The notes under the pieces were generated by a model. The model searched no databases. It had not been told where the DNA came from and worked only from the letters and a program-made list of their open reading frames with translations. Shown in pieces: positions 17,387 to 27,812 of a stretch of 64,000 nucleotides of DNA (its first letter is position 1; each line of letters begins with the position of its first letter). The stretch lies in contig OZ254081.1 of the NCBI GenBank assembly GCA_965267505.1, positions 1,510,401 to 1,574,400 of the forward strand, given 5' to 3'. The stretch is from Cytophagales bacterium. GTDB taxonomy: Bacteria; Bacteroidota; Bacteroidia; Cytophagales; CCMP332. Position numbers and translations under genes: made by a program.

Positions 17387-18224
17387 ACCGAAGAAAGTCT
17401 TCAGAGAAAACGCCGGAATAAGATTTTTGAACGGGGCCAGACATAAAGATCTGGCCTTTTTTTATGCTTATCTGAAGCTCTCCACCCTTCATTTTTACTT
17501 CACAGTTCTCATTGACCTTTCCCAAATAGTTCAGGGCATATACTACCGCGCAGGACGAACTTCCGGAGGAGAGTGTGTGGCCAGCTCCTCGCTCCCAGAT
17601 CCTGATCTCTACCTGTTCGGAAGAATTGATCTTAACAAACTGCACATTAATCCTTTTCGAAAACAAAGGGTAATACTCAATCTGAGGACCCAGTTGAGCT
17701 ATCTCCATTTCATTTGGAAGCTCATCAAAAAGGATCACACAATGAGGATTTCCAACAGACAGACAGGTAAGCTTTAAGTCTCTGCCCCCAACTTGAACTT
17801 CCTTTTCTATCCAGGGTGAATTGTCGTTTAAGGGGATGTCCTCTGGCTCAAAAGAAGCGGAACCCATATTTACAGAAATCTGACCAGGAGAAGGTCTGGA
17901 AATTTCCACCTCCCCGCCCATTGTTTTTAAATTTTTTACCGACCCATCCCAGAGCCCGGAATCAAATAAATAGGAAGAAAATATTCTTAGGCCATTTCCA
18001 CTTTTTTCTGCCTCCGACCCATCTGGGTTGAAGATCCTTAGGTCCAAACCTTCGCTGGCTTCAGTTTGTAGAAGGATGCCATCGGATCCTGCCCCAAATT
18101 CTCTCGAACAGATAATTTCAATTGCCTTCTTTTCAGGCTTGAACCAATCAGAACCAGACGGAATAACTAAATAGTCGTTTCCACAAGCTTGATATTTATG
18201 GAAGATTGCTTCCTTTGTCCCCAT
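17367..18224 (-). CDS. dapF: Diaminopimelate epimerase
   Basis: FHKYQACGNDYLVI (first catalytic Cys region), SGNGLR, VGNPHCVI and WERGAGHTLSSGSSSCA (second catalytic Cys region). Confidence 0.88.
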   Translation of the reverse strand: MGTKEAIFHKYQACGNDYLVIPSGSDWFKPEKKAIEIICSREFGAGSDGILLQTEASEGLDLRIFNPDGSEAEKSGNGLRIFSSYLFDSGLWDGSVKNLKTMGGEVEISRPSPGQISVNMGSASFEPEDIPLNDNSPWIEKEVQVGGRDLKLTCLSVGNPHCVILFDELPNEMEIAQLGPQIEYYPLFSKRINVQFVKINSSEQVEIRIWERGAGHTLSSGSSSCAVVYALNYLGKVNENCEVKMKGGELQISIKKGQIFMSGPVQKSYSGVFSEDFLRSIVQKY

Positions 18225-18250
18225 ATTTCAAATCAAGAAATAAGATCTGA

Positions 18251-18808
18251 ATGAAAAAAATATTAATTCTGCTGGGTATCCTGGTGGCTTTATTCCTTGC
18301 CTATAGTCTTCTTAACTTTTTCTACCTCACCCGACTTGCAAGCCCTCAGGAAGTGGTGACTTATTCAGAAAATGAACAGAAGGTGTTTGAGATAGAATAT
18401 TGCAGGCCTTCTAAAAAAGGAAGGTTGATCTTTGGTTCAGAATCAGAGGAAGCCCTCGTCCCTTATGGTAAATATTGGCGCCTGGGTGCTAATCAATCCA
18501 CCGAGATCTCATTGGAGAAGGACTTAAGTTTTGGGGGTGAGAAGTTGAAAAAAGGCAGGTACAAGATCTATGCGATCCCCGGAAAAGAATCATGGTCAAT
18601 TGTCTTTAACTCGGAATTAGGTAAATGGGGATACTCCAAGGCTAATGACGAAAAAGACGTCCTCAGGCTTGAAATTTCCGTAGAAGAATTAGTGGATGAG
18701 GTTGAAGTGTTTACAATTACAGCCCTTCTTCGCCAAGGGAAAGATTCCCCGTCCATAAATTTCTTTTGGGATAGAACCCTTGTTTCCTTGCCTTTCCAAT
18801 ATGAGTAA
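18251..18808 (+). CDS. DUF2911-like secreted protein
   Basis: Signal/TM N-terminus. YCRPSKKGRLIFG..LVPYGKYWRLGANQSTE...G.YKIYAIPG...W matches the DUF2911 pattern (from memory). Confidence 0.6.
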   Translation: MKKILILLGILVALFLAYSLLNFFYLTRLASPQEVVTYSENEQKVFEIEYCRPSKKGRLIFGSESEEALVPYGKYWRLGANQSTEISLEKDLSFGGEKLKKGRYKIYAIPGKESWSIVFNSELGKWGYSKANDEKDVLRLEISVEELVDEVEVFTITALLRQGKDSPSINFFWDRTLVSLPFQYE

Positions 18809-20030
18809 CTCCTTCCAAGAACTTTCACTTAACCCCGAACTCCATGAAGGAATAGATTCCCTTGGGTTCAAAGAAATGACCCCTGTTCAGGGAGAGGCAA
18901 TACCAAAGGCCTTGAGTGGAAGTGACTTGATTGCCTGTGCTCAGACGGGAACTGGGAAAACCGCAGCCTACTTAATTCCCACTATGCAAAAGATAATGGA
19001 AGAAGGCCAAGGTAAGCTTCGTTGCCTGATCGTGGTTCCAACTCGTGAACTTGCAATGCAGATCGACCAGCAGGTAATGGGCCTGGGCTATTTTACAGGG
19101 ATAAGTTCCTTTGCCATTTACGGGGGCAATGATTCGGATAATTTCACAGCTCAAAAAAGAGCCATAAAGAACCAGGCCGAGATCATCATCGCCACCCCTG
19201 GGCGATTGATCATGCTGATGAAGTTAAGTGGGATTGATTTCAGCAATATCAGCACTTTTATTTTAGATGAGGCCGATAAAATGCTGGAAATGGGCTTTAT
19301 CGAAGACATCACCTATATTGACAAACAGCTTCCCTTTAAAAAACAAAACCTGATGTTTTCCGCCACCATGCCGCCAAAGATCCGCGATCTGGCGAGGAGA
19401 ATTATGGTCAATCCGGACGAGGTCAACATAGCTGTTTCAAAGCTTGCGGGAGGAATTTCAGAAGAATTTTACCTCGTAGGAGAACCAGGCAAGATCTCCC
19501 TATTGATCCACTTGCTTACAAAGGTGGAGGACATCAGCAGTATGATCATATTTACCGGAAGGAAGGATTCTGCAGATACAATAGGACGAAGGTTGAAGGA
19601 AAAGGGTATTAAATCCAAAATCCTTCATAGTGGCCGAGAGCAGGCAGAGAGGGAAATGACCATGCTGGAGTTCAAGAATAAAAAGCTAAAGATTCTTGTA
19701 GCAACCAATGTGGTTTCAAGAGGTATCGATGTAGACGGGATCAGTCATGTTTTGAATTTCGATGTGCCCCCTGATGCGGAGGATTATATCCATAGGGCGG
19801 GCAGAACAGCAAGGGCCGAAAAAACCGGGAAGGCTATAACCTTTGTAAACCAGGAAGACCAAAAGAACCTTTACGGCATTGAAAAGCTAACAGAGAAGAA
19901 ACCAAACCTTGTTTCTCTTCCTGAAGAGCTAAAGCAATACCAACTTGAATTTCAGGCTTGGAAACCTAAAAAGAAAAAAAGACCCTTCAATCACAGAAAT
20001 AAACGAAGACCCGGGAACCGAAACCGCTAA
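18801..20030 (+). CDS. DEAD-box ATP-dependent RNA helicase
   Basis: Q motif F.E.....L..GI...GF...TPVQ, AQTGTGKT, DEAD, SAT, HRAGRTAR, and a basic C-terminal tail. ATG 18801 (MSNSFQEL) is preferred, giving an ATGAGTAA overlap with the upstream stop. The ORF track starts at 18780. Confidence 0.9.
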   Translation: MSNSFQELSLNPELHEGIDSLGFKEMTPVQGEAIPKALSGSDLIACAQTGTGKTAAYLIPTMQKIMEEGQGKLRCLIVVPTRELAMQIDQQVMGLGYFTGISSFAIYGGNDSDNFTAQKRAIKNQAEIIIATPGRLIMLMKLSGIDFSNISTFILDEADKMLEMGFIEDITYIDKQLPFKKQNLMFSATMPPKIRDLARRIMVNPDEVNIAVSKLAGGISEEFYLVGEPGKISLLIHLLTKVEDISSMIIFTGRKDSADTIGRRLKEKGIKSKILHSGREQAEREMTMLEFKNKKLKILVATNVVSRGIDVDGISHVLNFDVPPDAEDYIHRAGRTARAEKTGKAITFVNQEDQKNLYGIEKLTEKKPNLVSLPEELKQYQLEFQAWKPKKKKRPFNHRNKRRPGNRNR

Positions 20031-20043
20031 AATTTTTTTGTAT

Positions 20044-20067
20044 AATTATTAGGCATGCATAATAATT
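20044..20067. promoter_or_regulatory. Imperfect 24-bp palindrome, candidate MarR operator
   Basis: AATTATTA-G-GCATGC-A-TAATAATT has perfect 8-bp arms around a GCATGC core. It lies 19 nt upstream of the MarR-family gene start. Confidence 0.4.
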
Positions 20068-20085
20068 TATTACATTAGTCTTCCC

Positions 20086-20538
20086 ATGAAACCCAGCGAG
20101 ACGGTAGATTTTAATATTAAGGCAGCTTGGCATGCGATTTTTCGCATGTACAACACAGAAGCATCCAAACATGACATTTCAACCGCCATTGGTTATGTCT
20201 TGATCAACATCGACAAGGAAGAAGGAACTCCCGCAACCAAGATCGGCCCAATGATGGGTATGGAGATCCACTCTTTATCACGCATGCTAAAAAGCATGGA
20301 GCAAAAAGGATTGATCTATAAGAAGGCCGACGAAAAGGACCGGAGGATCCAAAGGATATTTCTTACCCCGATGGGAGAAGAAAAAAGGAAGATATCCAGA
20401 AATACCATCCTCCATTTTAATAACAAAGTGAAGTCGCTCATTCCAAAACGAAAGCTGGATGATTTCTTCGGGGTGTTATCAGATATACAAAAACTTGTGG
20501 ACAGCGATACTGTTTTCGTAAACGGAATAAAAAAATGA
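20086..20538 (+). CDS. MarR-family transcriptional regulator
   Basis: 150 aa with a winged-helix pattern ...GTPATKIGPMMGMEIHSLSRMLKSMEQKGLIYKKADEKDRRIQRIFLTPMGEE. 4-nt overlap with the downstream fad gene. Confidence 0.8.
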   Translation: MKPSETVDFNIKAAWHAIFRMYNTEASKHDISTAIGYVLINIDKEEGTPATKIGPMMGMEIHSLSRMLKSMEQKGLIYKKADEKDRRIQRIFLTPMGEEKRKISRNTILHFNNKVKSLIPKRKLDDFFGVLSDIQKLVDSDTVFVNGIKK

Positions 20539-22937
20539 AAAGGAAGATCAACAAAGTGGCAGTCCTGGGATCAGGAATTATGGGCTCAAGAATAGCCTGC
20601 CATTTTGCAAATATTGGACTTGAGGTTCTTTTACTGGACATTTCCCCTAAGGAGCTTAATGACCTAGAAAAGAAAAAAGGCCTTGAGTTGGACTCCCCTG
20701 TTGTAAAAAACAGGATTGTAAATGATGCATTAAAGGCCGCTCTAAAATCATCTCCCTCCCCTATCTACAAGCAGGAATTTGCCCAAAGAATAAGCTGTGG
20801 AAATTTTGATGATGACCTTTCTAAAGTGTCCGATTGCGATTGGGTGCTTGAGGCGATCATAGAAAACCTTGAGATTAAAAAGTCTCTTTATGAAAAACTT
20901 GAAGAGGTCAGAAAGCCCGGCTCATTGATAACTTCTAATACTTCAGGGATTCCAATGGCCATGTTGTCCGAGGGCAGATCTGAAGATTTTAATAAGAATT
21001 TTGCGGGAACCCACTTTTTCAACCCTCCCCGTTATCTGCAGCTTCTTGAGATCATCCCTGGGCCGAAGACCGATCCTGAGATCGTCGATTTTCTGATGAG
21101 TTTCGGAGAAAAATACCTGGGAAAACAAACCGTATTATGTAAAGACACCCCTGCTTTTATTGCAAACCGTATTGGGATCTATTCAATTCTCAAGATCGTG
21201 GAAGCAATGCAGGAGTATGGATTTTCGGTAGAAGAGGTAGACAGGCTTACCGGACCATTGATCGGAAGAGCCAAGTCCGCGACCTTCAGAACTTCAGATC
21301 TTGTGGGCTTAGATACCCTCATTAAAGTTGCCGATAATCTATACAAAGCCCTGCCTAATGATGAGTCAAGGGAAACATTTGATCTACCTCAACTGGTAAG
21401 AACTCTTCAGGAAAAGAACTGGCTGGGAGACAAAACCAAACAAGGTTTCTATAAAAAGGTCAAAGACAAGGATGGAAAATCTGTGATCCTGGCTTTAAAT
21501 CTCGAAAGCCTGGAATATGAAGAGAAAAAGAAAGTAAGCTTCAAAGAGCTGGAGGAGGTTAAGCAGGTCTCCGGCCTAAAGAAGAAAATGGCTTTTTTGC
21601 TTAAGTCAAAGGGAAAGGTTGGGGGTTTCATGAGAATGTCATTCTTGCCTCTATTTGCCTATTCAAGCCATAGAATCCCTGAGATCTCCGATCATTTATT
21701 TCAGATTGACCAGGCAGTCTCCGCGGGTTTTGGCTGGGAAATGGGACCATTTGAAACCTGGGATGCCCTGGGCTTCAAAAAAGGCCTTGAGCTATTAAAG
21801 GAGGCAAACATCGAAGTTGCCCCATGGATCCATGAAATGGAAAAGGCCGGAATAGAGTCGTTTTATTCGGTAAACGAAGGCCAAAGACAGTATTATGATA
21901 TTGGATCAAAAGCCTACACTACAATTCCAGGTCAACAGGATTTTATTATCCTGGATAATATTCGTGGATCAAAAAAAGTGTGGTCCAATTCAGGTTCTAC
22001 GATCCATGACCTTGGAGATGGGGTATTGAACCTTGAGTTCCACACTAAAATGAACACACTGGGTTCAGAAGTGATCCAGGGAATTCACAAGGCCATAGAT
22101 ATGGCTGAAAAAGAGTACGAAGGTCTGGTAATTGGGAATCAGGGTGCAAATTTTTCAGCCGGAGCGAATCTGGGCCTAGTCTTTATGTTCGCAATAGAGC
22201 AGGAATTCGATGAGATCGATTTCATGGTCAGGCAGTTTCAGCAGACGATCATGAGAGTTAGGTATAGCAATGCCCCTGTAATTGTGGCTCCTCATGGGCT
22301 CACCCTTGGTGGGGGTTGCGAAATGTCATTGCATGCAGATAGGATTCAGGCCGCCGCAGAAACTTATATCGGCTTGGTAGAGGTCGGTGTCGGAGTGATC
22401 CCAGCGGGTTGCGGATCAAAAGAAATGGCTTTGAGGGTTTCAGACTCTTTTGAAGAAGGTGATCCAGAGTTGAACAATCTTCAAAATGCCTTTATGAATA
22501 TCGCCACTGCTAAAGTGGCAACCTCAGCTTATGAAGCTTTTGATATGAGGGTATTTCAAAAGGGAGATGGTGTAAGCATTAACAAGGACCGTCAGATCCA
22601 GGATGCAAAGAATCAAGTTCTTGGACTTTTAGAGGCCGGGTATGTGGCCCCAACAAAAAGAAAAGATATAAGAGTACTTGGAAAACAAGCTATTGCTCTT
22701 TTCGAGGCAGGAATAAACGGGATGAGGATGGCAAATTACATTTCCGACCACGATGCTAAGGTTGCAAGAAAGCTTTCCTTCGTTATGGCCGGAGGCGACC
22801 TATCCTATCCTCAACTGGTAGATGAAGATTATTTATTGAACCTGGAGAGGGATGCTTTTGTCTCTTTAACAGGGGAGAAGAAAACATTAGAAAGAATTCA
22901 ATCGGTTCTAAAAACCGGAAAACCTTTAAGAAATTGA
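20535..22937 (+). CDS. fadN: Bifunctional 3-hydroxyacyl-CoA dehydrogenase / enoyl-CoA hydratase (FadN-type domain order)
   Basis: N-terminal Rossmann motif VAVLGSGIMGSRIA plus 3HCDH blocks (NTSGI, HFFNPP), and a C-terminal crotonase-like region (GANFSAGANL, GGGCEM). At 800 aa the length and domain order match Bacillus FadN. Confidence 0.9.
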   Translation: MKRKINKVAVLGSGIMGSRIACHFANIGLEVLLLDISPKELNDLEKKKGLELDSPVVKNRIVNDALKAALKSSPSPIYKQEFAQRISCGNFDDDLSKVSDCDWVLEAIIENLEIKKSLYEKLEEVRKPGSLITSNTSGIPMAMLSEGRSEDFNKNFAGTHFFNPPRYLQLLEIIPGPKTDPEIVDFLMSFGEKYLGKQTVLCKDTPAFIANRIGIYSILKIVEAMQEYGFSVEEVDRLTGPLIGRAKSATFRTSDLVGLDTLIKVADNLYKALPNDESRETFDLPQLVRTLQEKNWLGDKTKQGFYKKVKDKDGKSVILALNLESLEYEEKKKVSFKELEEVKQVSGLKKKMAFLLKSKGKVGGFMRMSFLPLFAYSSHRIPEISDHLFQIDQAVSAGFGWEMGPFETWDALGFKKGLELLKEANIEVAPWIHEMEKAGIESFYSVNEGQRQYYDIGSKAYTTIPGQQDFIILDNIRGSKKVWSNSGSTIHDLGDGVLNLEFHTKMNTLGSEVIQGIHKAIDMAEKEYEGLVIGNQGANFSAGANLGLVFMFAIEQEFDEIDFMVRQFQQTIMRVRYSNAPVIVAPHGLTLGGGCEMSLHADRIQAAAETYIGLVEVGVGVIPAGCGSKEMALRVSDSFEEGDPELNNLQNAFMNIATAKVATSAYEAFDMRVFQKGDGVSINKDRQIQDAKNQVLGLLEAGYVAPTKRKDIRVLGKQAIALFEAGINGMRMANYISDHDAKVARKLSFVMAGGDLSYPQLVDEDYLLNLERDAFVSLTGEKKTLERIQSVLKTGKPLRN

Positions 22938-22938
22938 T

Positions 22939-24111
22939 ATGGATGCATATATCGTAAAAGGGTACAGAACTGCAGTAGGAAAAGCCAACCGAGGTGGCTT
23001 CAGGTTTACCAGACCAGATGATCTTGCTGCGCATGTAATTAAGGAATTGGTAAACAGCCTTGAGGGTTTCGATCCCAAGCAGGTAGACGATCTAATTGTC
23101 GGAAATGCGGTTCCAGAAGCTGAACAAGGAATGCAAATGGCTAGAATGATTGCTCTTCTTTCTTTACCCATTGAGGTTCCGGGAGTTACAGTGAACAGAT
23201 ACTGCGGAAGCGGTCTTGAAGCTATTGCCATTGCTTCGCAAAGAATACACGCCGGAATGGCGGATTGCATCATTGCCGGAGGAACAGAATCAATGTCCCT
23301 GGTTCCGGTAATGGGCTTTAAAACAGCTCTGAATTACCAGATAGCAACGAACAACCCTACATATTATACTTCAATGGGTTTAACGGCTGAACAAGTTGCT
23401 GAACAATACGGGATTTCCAGAGACGATCAGGATGAATTCTCTTTGGGCAGCCATGAAAAAGCATTGGCCGCAATTGAGGCAAAAAGTTTCGCTGACGAGA
23501 TCGTGCCCTATCCTGTGAAAGAAACCTTTGTTAATGCAAAAGGAAAAAGGGAAACCAAGGAGTATTTGGTTGATACCGATGAGGGCCCAAGGAAAGGAAC
23601 CTCTATTGAGGCTCTGGGCAAATTGAGGCCTGCCTTTGCAAAAGGTGGTTCAGTAACCGCGGGGAATTCATCCCAAACTTCTGATGGGGCCGCTTTCGTT
23701 ATGGTGGTAAGTGAAGACTTTCTAAAAAAGAATAATCTCACACCAATTGGTCGAATGGCATCCTACTCAGTTGCTGGTGTTGAGCCCAGGATTATGGGCA
23801 TTGGACCGATCAATGCGGTGCCAAAAGCTTTGGAAAAAGCCGATAAAAATCTTAGCGATATTGATCTGGTTGAGCTGAACGAAGCCTTTGCTGCGCAATC
23901 TCTTGCGGTAATTAGAAATCTTGATCTTGATGAGGAGAAATTAAATGTAAACGGAGGGGCTATTGCCCTGGGCCACCCCTTGGGTTGTACGGGGGCAAGG
24001 CTAAGTATTGGGATCTTAAATGAATTAAAAAGGCAGGACAAGAAATATGGTCTTGTGACTGCTTGTGTTGGTGGCGGCCAGGGGGTTGCCGGAGTATTTG
24101 AAAGACTATAA
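22939..24111 (+). CDS. fadA: Acetyl-CoA C-acyltransferase (3-ketoacyl-CoA thiolase)
   Basis: [12 protein letters not shown] (active Cys), [27 protein letters not shown] and ACVGGGQG thiolase signatures. Confidence 0.92.
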   Translation: MDAYIVKGYRTAVGKANRGGFRFTRPDDLAAHVIKELVNSLEGFDPKQVDDLIVGNAVPEAEQGMQMARMIALLSLPIEVPGVTVNRYCGSGLEAIAIASQRIHAGMADCIIAGGTESMSLVPVMGFKTALNYQIATNNPTYYTSMGLTAEQVAEQYGISRDDQDEFSLGSHEKALAAIEAKSFADEIVPYPVKETFVNAKGKRETKEYLVDTDEGPRKGTSIEALGKLRPAFAKGGSVTAGNSSQTSDGAAFVMVVSEDFLKKNNLTPIGRMASYSVAGVEPRIMGIGPINAVPKALEKADKNLSDIDLVELNEAFAAQSLAVIRNLDLDEEKLNVNGGAIALGHPLGCTGARLSIGILNELKRQDKKYGLVTACVGGGQGVAGVFERL

Positions 24112-24113
24112 TT

Positions 24114-25901
24114 ATGGATACAGCAGAAAAAATCAAGGCCGTAAAAGGAGGGGAGTTCTTAATTAAGGAAACCAAGGCTGAGGACATTTTCATTCCTGAC
24201 CAATGGTCGGAGGAACAAAAGATGATAAAGGATATGTGCGATGAGTTCATTGAGAACGAGGTACTTCCCCATCTCGAAAAGATCGATGACATGGAAGATG
24301 GGCTAATGGTAAACATTCTGGATAAGGCAGGAGAATTAGGCTTAATGGCCACGGCAATTCCAGAGCAATACGAAGGCTTTGGAAAGGATTTTAATACTTC
24401 TTTGCTCATTTCAGAAAGGACCGGCAAGGGGCACAGCTTTGCTGTTGCGCTTAGCGCCCATACCGGAATTGGAACCCTGCCTATTCTTTATTTCGGAAAT
24501 GAAGATCAAAAGAAAAAGTACCTCCCCAAGTTGGCTTCCTGCGAATTTAAAGGGGCCTATTGCCTTACCGAGCCAGGTTCAGGCTCAGATGCTCTCGCAG
24601 CAAAGACCAAAGCGGTGCTCAGCGATGACAAAAAGCATTATATTCTTAACGGTCAGAAAATGTGGATCACCAATGCTGGGTTTGCAGACCTGTTCATAGT
24701 CTTCGCAAAGATCGATGGAGAAAAATTCACTGCCTTTATTGTAGAAAAAGGGACGCCGGGATTGAGCCTTGGAAATGAAGAGAAAAAGATGGGCATTAAA
24801 GGCTCCTCGACGCGCCAGGTTTTCTTTGAGGACTGCAAGATTCCAGTTGAGAATTTACTTGGAGAAATAGGGCGTGGCCATGTGATTGCATTTAATATTC
24901 TAAATGTTGGGAGGATCAAACTAGCTGCTGCCGTATTGGGGGGAAGCAAATCAGCTGCCGATCTCACGATCAAGTACTCCAATGAAAGAAAGCAGTTTGG
25001 CCAGCCAATTTCTGGATTCGGTGCGATCCAAAATAAACTGGCCCAACAAGCCATGCGTATATACGCAACCGAAGCTGCATTGTATAGGGCGGGACAGGAT
25101 ATTGAGCAGATGGAGCAGGCCCTTCTAAAGGAGGGTAAGGATTTTAGTGAAGCTTTATTGGGGGCGGCCGAAGAGTTCGCTATAGAATGTGCCATTTTAA
25201 AAGTTTCCGGTTCTGAAACGCTCGATTTTTGCGTAGATGAGGGGGTGCAAACTTATGGCGGATATGGATTCTCCTCCGACTACCCTATGGATAGGGCTTA
25301 CAGGGACGCTCGAATAAACAGGATCTTCGAAGGAACGAATGAGATCAACCGGCTGCTCATCCTTGATATGTTTTTGAAAAGAGCTATGAAGGGACAACTG
25401 GACCTAATGACCCCGGCGGCCCAGGTCCAAAAAGAGCTGATGGAGATCCCTGACTTTTCCAGCGATGATGAGCAGTTCCTGGAGCAAGAAAAGAAGTACA
25501 TCCGTGATGCAAAAAAAGCAGGGCTGATGTGCGCTGGAGCGGCCGCTCAAAAATATATGGAAAAGCTAGCTGATGAACAGGAGATCCTTATGAATCTTGC
25601 AGACATGGTTATCCTGATCTATGAAAGTGAATCCGCAATACTTAGAGCAGAAAAGGCTCATGGAATAAAGGGCGACGCCGCTGAATTCGAATTGGATATC
25701 GCCAGGATTTATCTTCATGAAGCGATGGATAAGATCGCCAAGGCTGGTAGAGAAGTTATTAATGCCTTTGCTGAAGGGGATATGCAAAGAATGATGCTGC
25801 TGGGTTTAAAGAGGTTTACTAAAACCCAGCCCTATGATATCATTGGAGCAAGAAAGAGAGTTGCAGCAAAATTGATAGAGGAAAACAAGTTTCCTTTTTG
25901 A
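24114..25901 (+). CDS. fadE: Long acyl-CoA dehydrogenase (FadE-type, 595 aa)
   Basis: [50 protein letters not shown], and a C-terminal helical extension. Confidence 0.9.
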   Translation: MDTAEKIKAVKGGEFLIKETKAEDIFIPDQWSEEQKMIKDMCDEFIENEVLPHLEKIDDMEDGLMVNILDKAGELGLMATAIPEQYEGFGKDFNTSLLISERTGKGHSFAVALSAHTGIGTLPILYFGNEDQKKKYLPKLASCEFKGAYCLTEPGSGSDALAAKTKAVLSDDKKHYILNGQKMWITNAGFADLFIVFAKIDGEKFTAFIVEKGTPGLSLGNEEKKMGIKGSSTRQVFFEDCKIPVENLLGEIGRGHVIAFNILNVGRIKLAAAVLGGSKSAADLTIKYSNERKQFGQPISGFGAIQNKLAQQAMRIYATEAALYRAGQDIEQMEQALLKEGKDFSEALLGAAEEFAIECAILKVSGSETLDFCVDEGVQTYGGYGFSSDYPMDRAYRDARINRIFEGTNEINRLLILDMFLKRAMKGQLDLMTPAAQVQKELMEIPDFSSDDEQFLEQEKKYIRDAKKAGLMCAGAAAQKYMEKLADEQEILMNLADMVILIYESESAILRAEKAHGIKGDAAEFELDIARIYLHEAMDKIAKAGREVINAFAEGDMQRMMLLGLKRFTKTQPYDIIGARKRVAAKLIEENKFPF

Positions 25902-26405
25902 TCAGTAATTAACCCTTTTTCGGTATTCGATGGTAGAGTCTGCGACTCCAAAGTCTGTGCCTACCTGGTTTATGCCTAATAGGAAGGCACCAATTTTTAG
26001 TATTGCCATGTGGTGGGTGGTGTGCTCATAGACATACCACATTTCCCTTTCCAGGCTACTCTCAACCATTATTGCCTTCCCTTCATTGATCAATGACTTT
26101 AACTGAATTGTAAAATCATTGACCCTGGTCTCAAGCCTTGTTACAATTGATTCAATAAGCTCAATTGCAGACCCTGTATTGTTTTCCAGGTTCTTATCTC
26201 TTTCCCTCTCGTCATAGCACACCACTGGTTTTTGCTCAGATGCTTTTAACAGGCAGCTGTAAAATTCCAGGATGTGGCGAACATGCTGACCAAGGCTAGC
26301 TTGGCTCAGATCGGGGAGGTTTTCAGTATATTGTTCATCTGAAACCTTTCCTACAAATTGCTTAAGATCTAATAGTTGATTTATGCTCTTCTCGTTAAGA
26401 TTCAT
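25902..26405 (-). CDS. DinB-family (four-helix bundle, metal-binding) protein
   Basis: Conserved His positions in GQHVRHILEFY and YEHTTHHMAI, typical of the DinB/YfiT-like His triad. Confidence 0.65.
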   Translation of the reverse strand: MNLNEKSINQLLDLKQFVGKVSDEQYTENLPDLSQASLGQHVRHILEFYSCLLKASEQKPVVCYDERERDKNLENNTGSAIELIESIVTRLETRVNDFTIQLKSLINEGKAIMVESSLEREMWYVYEHTTHHMAILKIGAFLLGINQVGTDFGVADSTIEYRKRVNY

Positions 26406-26516
26406 AAACGAGCATTTTTGTAAAAGACAAAATTACTTGGGCAAATGAAACATATTTTGTCCACAAATAGACATTCACCAGCTATTATTAATCCTAGGAT
26501 TACATTGGAATAACCT

Positions 26517-27812
26517 ATGAAAATAATCATCCTCGGAAATGGTATTGCGGGCATTACTTGTGCTCGGACTATTCGCAAGAACAGCGATCATGAAGTTGTA
26601 ATCATATCTTCTGAAACAAAACATTTCTGGTCAAGGACAGCCCTCATGTATATCTACATGGGACAAATGAGGTACCAGGACACGAAGCCATATGAGGATG
26701 GTTTCTGGAAAAAAAATAAACTGGAGCTTGTCCAAGATCGCATAAACTCTTTGGACATTAGTGGGAAAACATTGATCGGAGAATCAGGAGAAATTTATCA
26801 TTATGATAAACTCCTGTTGGCCACCGGCTCAGTGCCGAATATCATTCCCTGGAAAGGAGTAGACCTAAAAGGGGTTACTCCAATGTACAGTTACCAGGAT
26901 CTACAACAAATTGAATCTCTAAGTGAAAAAACCAAAAGTGCCGTAATTGTTGGCGGGGGTTTAATTGGGATTGAATTAGCCGAAATGCTTTGGTCAAGGG
27001 GCATCAAAGTGACCATGTTGATCCGAGAAAAAAACTATTGGGGAAACATTCTACCTAAGGATGACGCCGAGCTTGTGCAAGAACACACCCGCTCTCATGG
27101 AATTGAATTGCTACTTGAAACTGAGTTGGAAGAAATTAAAGGAAATTCAGAAGGGGGGGTCTCTTCCGTTTTAACCAAAAATGGTCGTGAGATTCCCTGT
27201 GAGTTTGTTGGGGTTACTACAGGGGTTAGGCCAAATGTAGGCTTCCTGGCGAATTCAGGATTAGACATCGGGCGCGGCATAATGATCAAAAGGAATATGC
27301 AATGCTCCGTCGAAGACGTGTTTGCGGCTGGAGATTGTGCGGAATTCATCGATCCTCCAAAGGGCAGAAATCCGATTGAGCAAGTTTGGTATACAGGTAG
27401 AACGCAAGGCGAGGTCGCGGCTAAAAATATCCTCGGTGAAAACACAGAATATTCCCCTGGCCCCTGGTTCAACTCAGCAAAATTCTTTGAACTAGAATAC
27501 CAAACCTATGGCAATGTTCCCTCTGTGCTTCCTGCAGGACAAAGAGAATTGGTGGTAAGGCCAGCAGAAGAAGAGTTGATTCACTTCGTCTTTGAAGAGG
27601 GCTCAATGGTATTGCTGGGGGTAAACCTTTTTGGTCACAGGGGAAAGCATTCCTTTTGGGAAAGACATCTTGCTTTAAGATCCACTATGGAAACCGTATT
27701 GGAAAATCTAAATGACGGCTTGTTCAATCCGGAATTTCAAGCAAGTCCAATAAAGGCGGTGAGAAAAAAATTCAATGAGGAAATTGGCTCAAAAGTCTAT
27801 GAAAACCAATAA
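26517..27812 (+). CDS. NAD(P)/FAD-dependent pyridine nucleotide-disulfide-family oxidoreductase
   Basis: KIIILGNGIAGITCA (FAD GxGxxG), AVIVGGGLIGIELAE (NAD GxGxxG), and AAGDCAEF (the C-terminal FAD motif GD). Confidence 0.8.
   Translation: MKIIILGNGIAGITCARTIRKNSDHEVVIISSETKHFWSRTALMYIYMGQMRYQDTKPYEDGFWKKNKLELVQDRINSLDISGKTLIGESGEIYHYDKLLLATGSVPNIIPWKGVDLKGVTPMYSYQDLQQIESLSEKTKSAVIVGGGLIGIELAEMLWSRGIKVTMLIREKNYWGNILPKDDAELVQEHTRSHGIELLLETELEEIKGNSEGGVSSVLTKNGREIPCEFVGVTTGVRPNVGFLANSGLDIGRGIMIKRNMQCSVEDVFAAGDCAEFIDPPKGRNPIEQVWYTGRTQGEVAAKNILGENTEYSPGPWFNSAKFFELEYQTYGNVPSVLPAGQRELVVRPAEEELIHFVFEEGSMVLLGVNLFGHRGKHSFWERHLALRSTMETVLENLNDGLFNPEFQASPIKAVRKKFNEEIGSKVYENQ

Noticed and set aside
17358-17777. 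139-aa plus-strand ORF overlapping dapF
   Set aside because: It is antisense to dapF, whose catalytic motifs are unambiguous.
22926-25195. Several 100-180-aa minus-strand ORFs (22926..23273, 23960..24427, 24653..25195) inside the fad operon
   Set aside because: All are antisense to thiolase or acyl-CoA dehydrogenase genes with strong family motifs. Their compositions are Ser/Pro/Ala-rich, typical of shadow ORFs.
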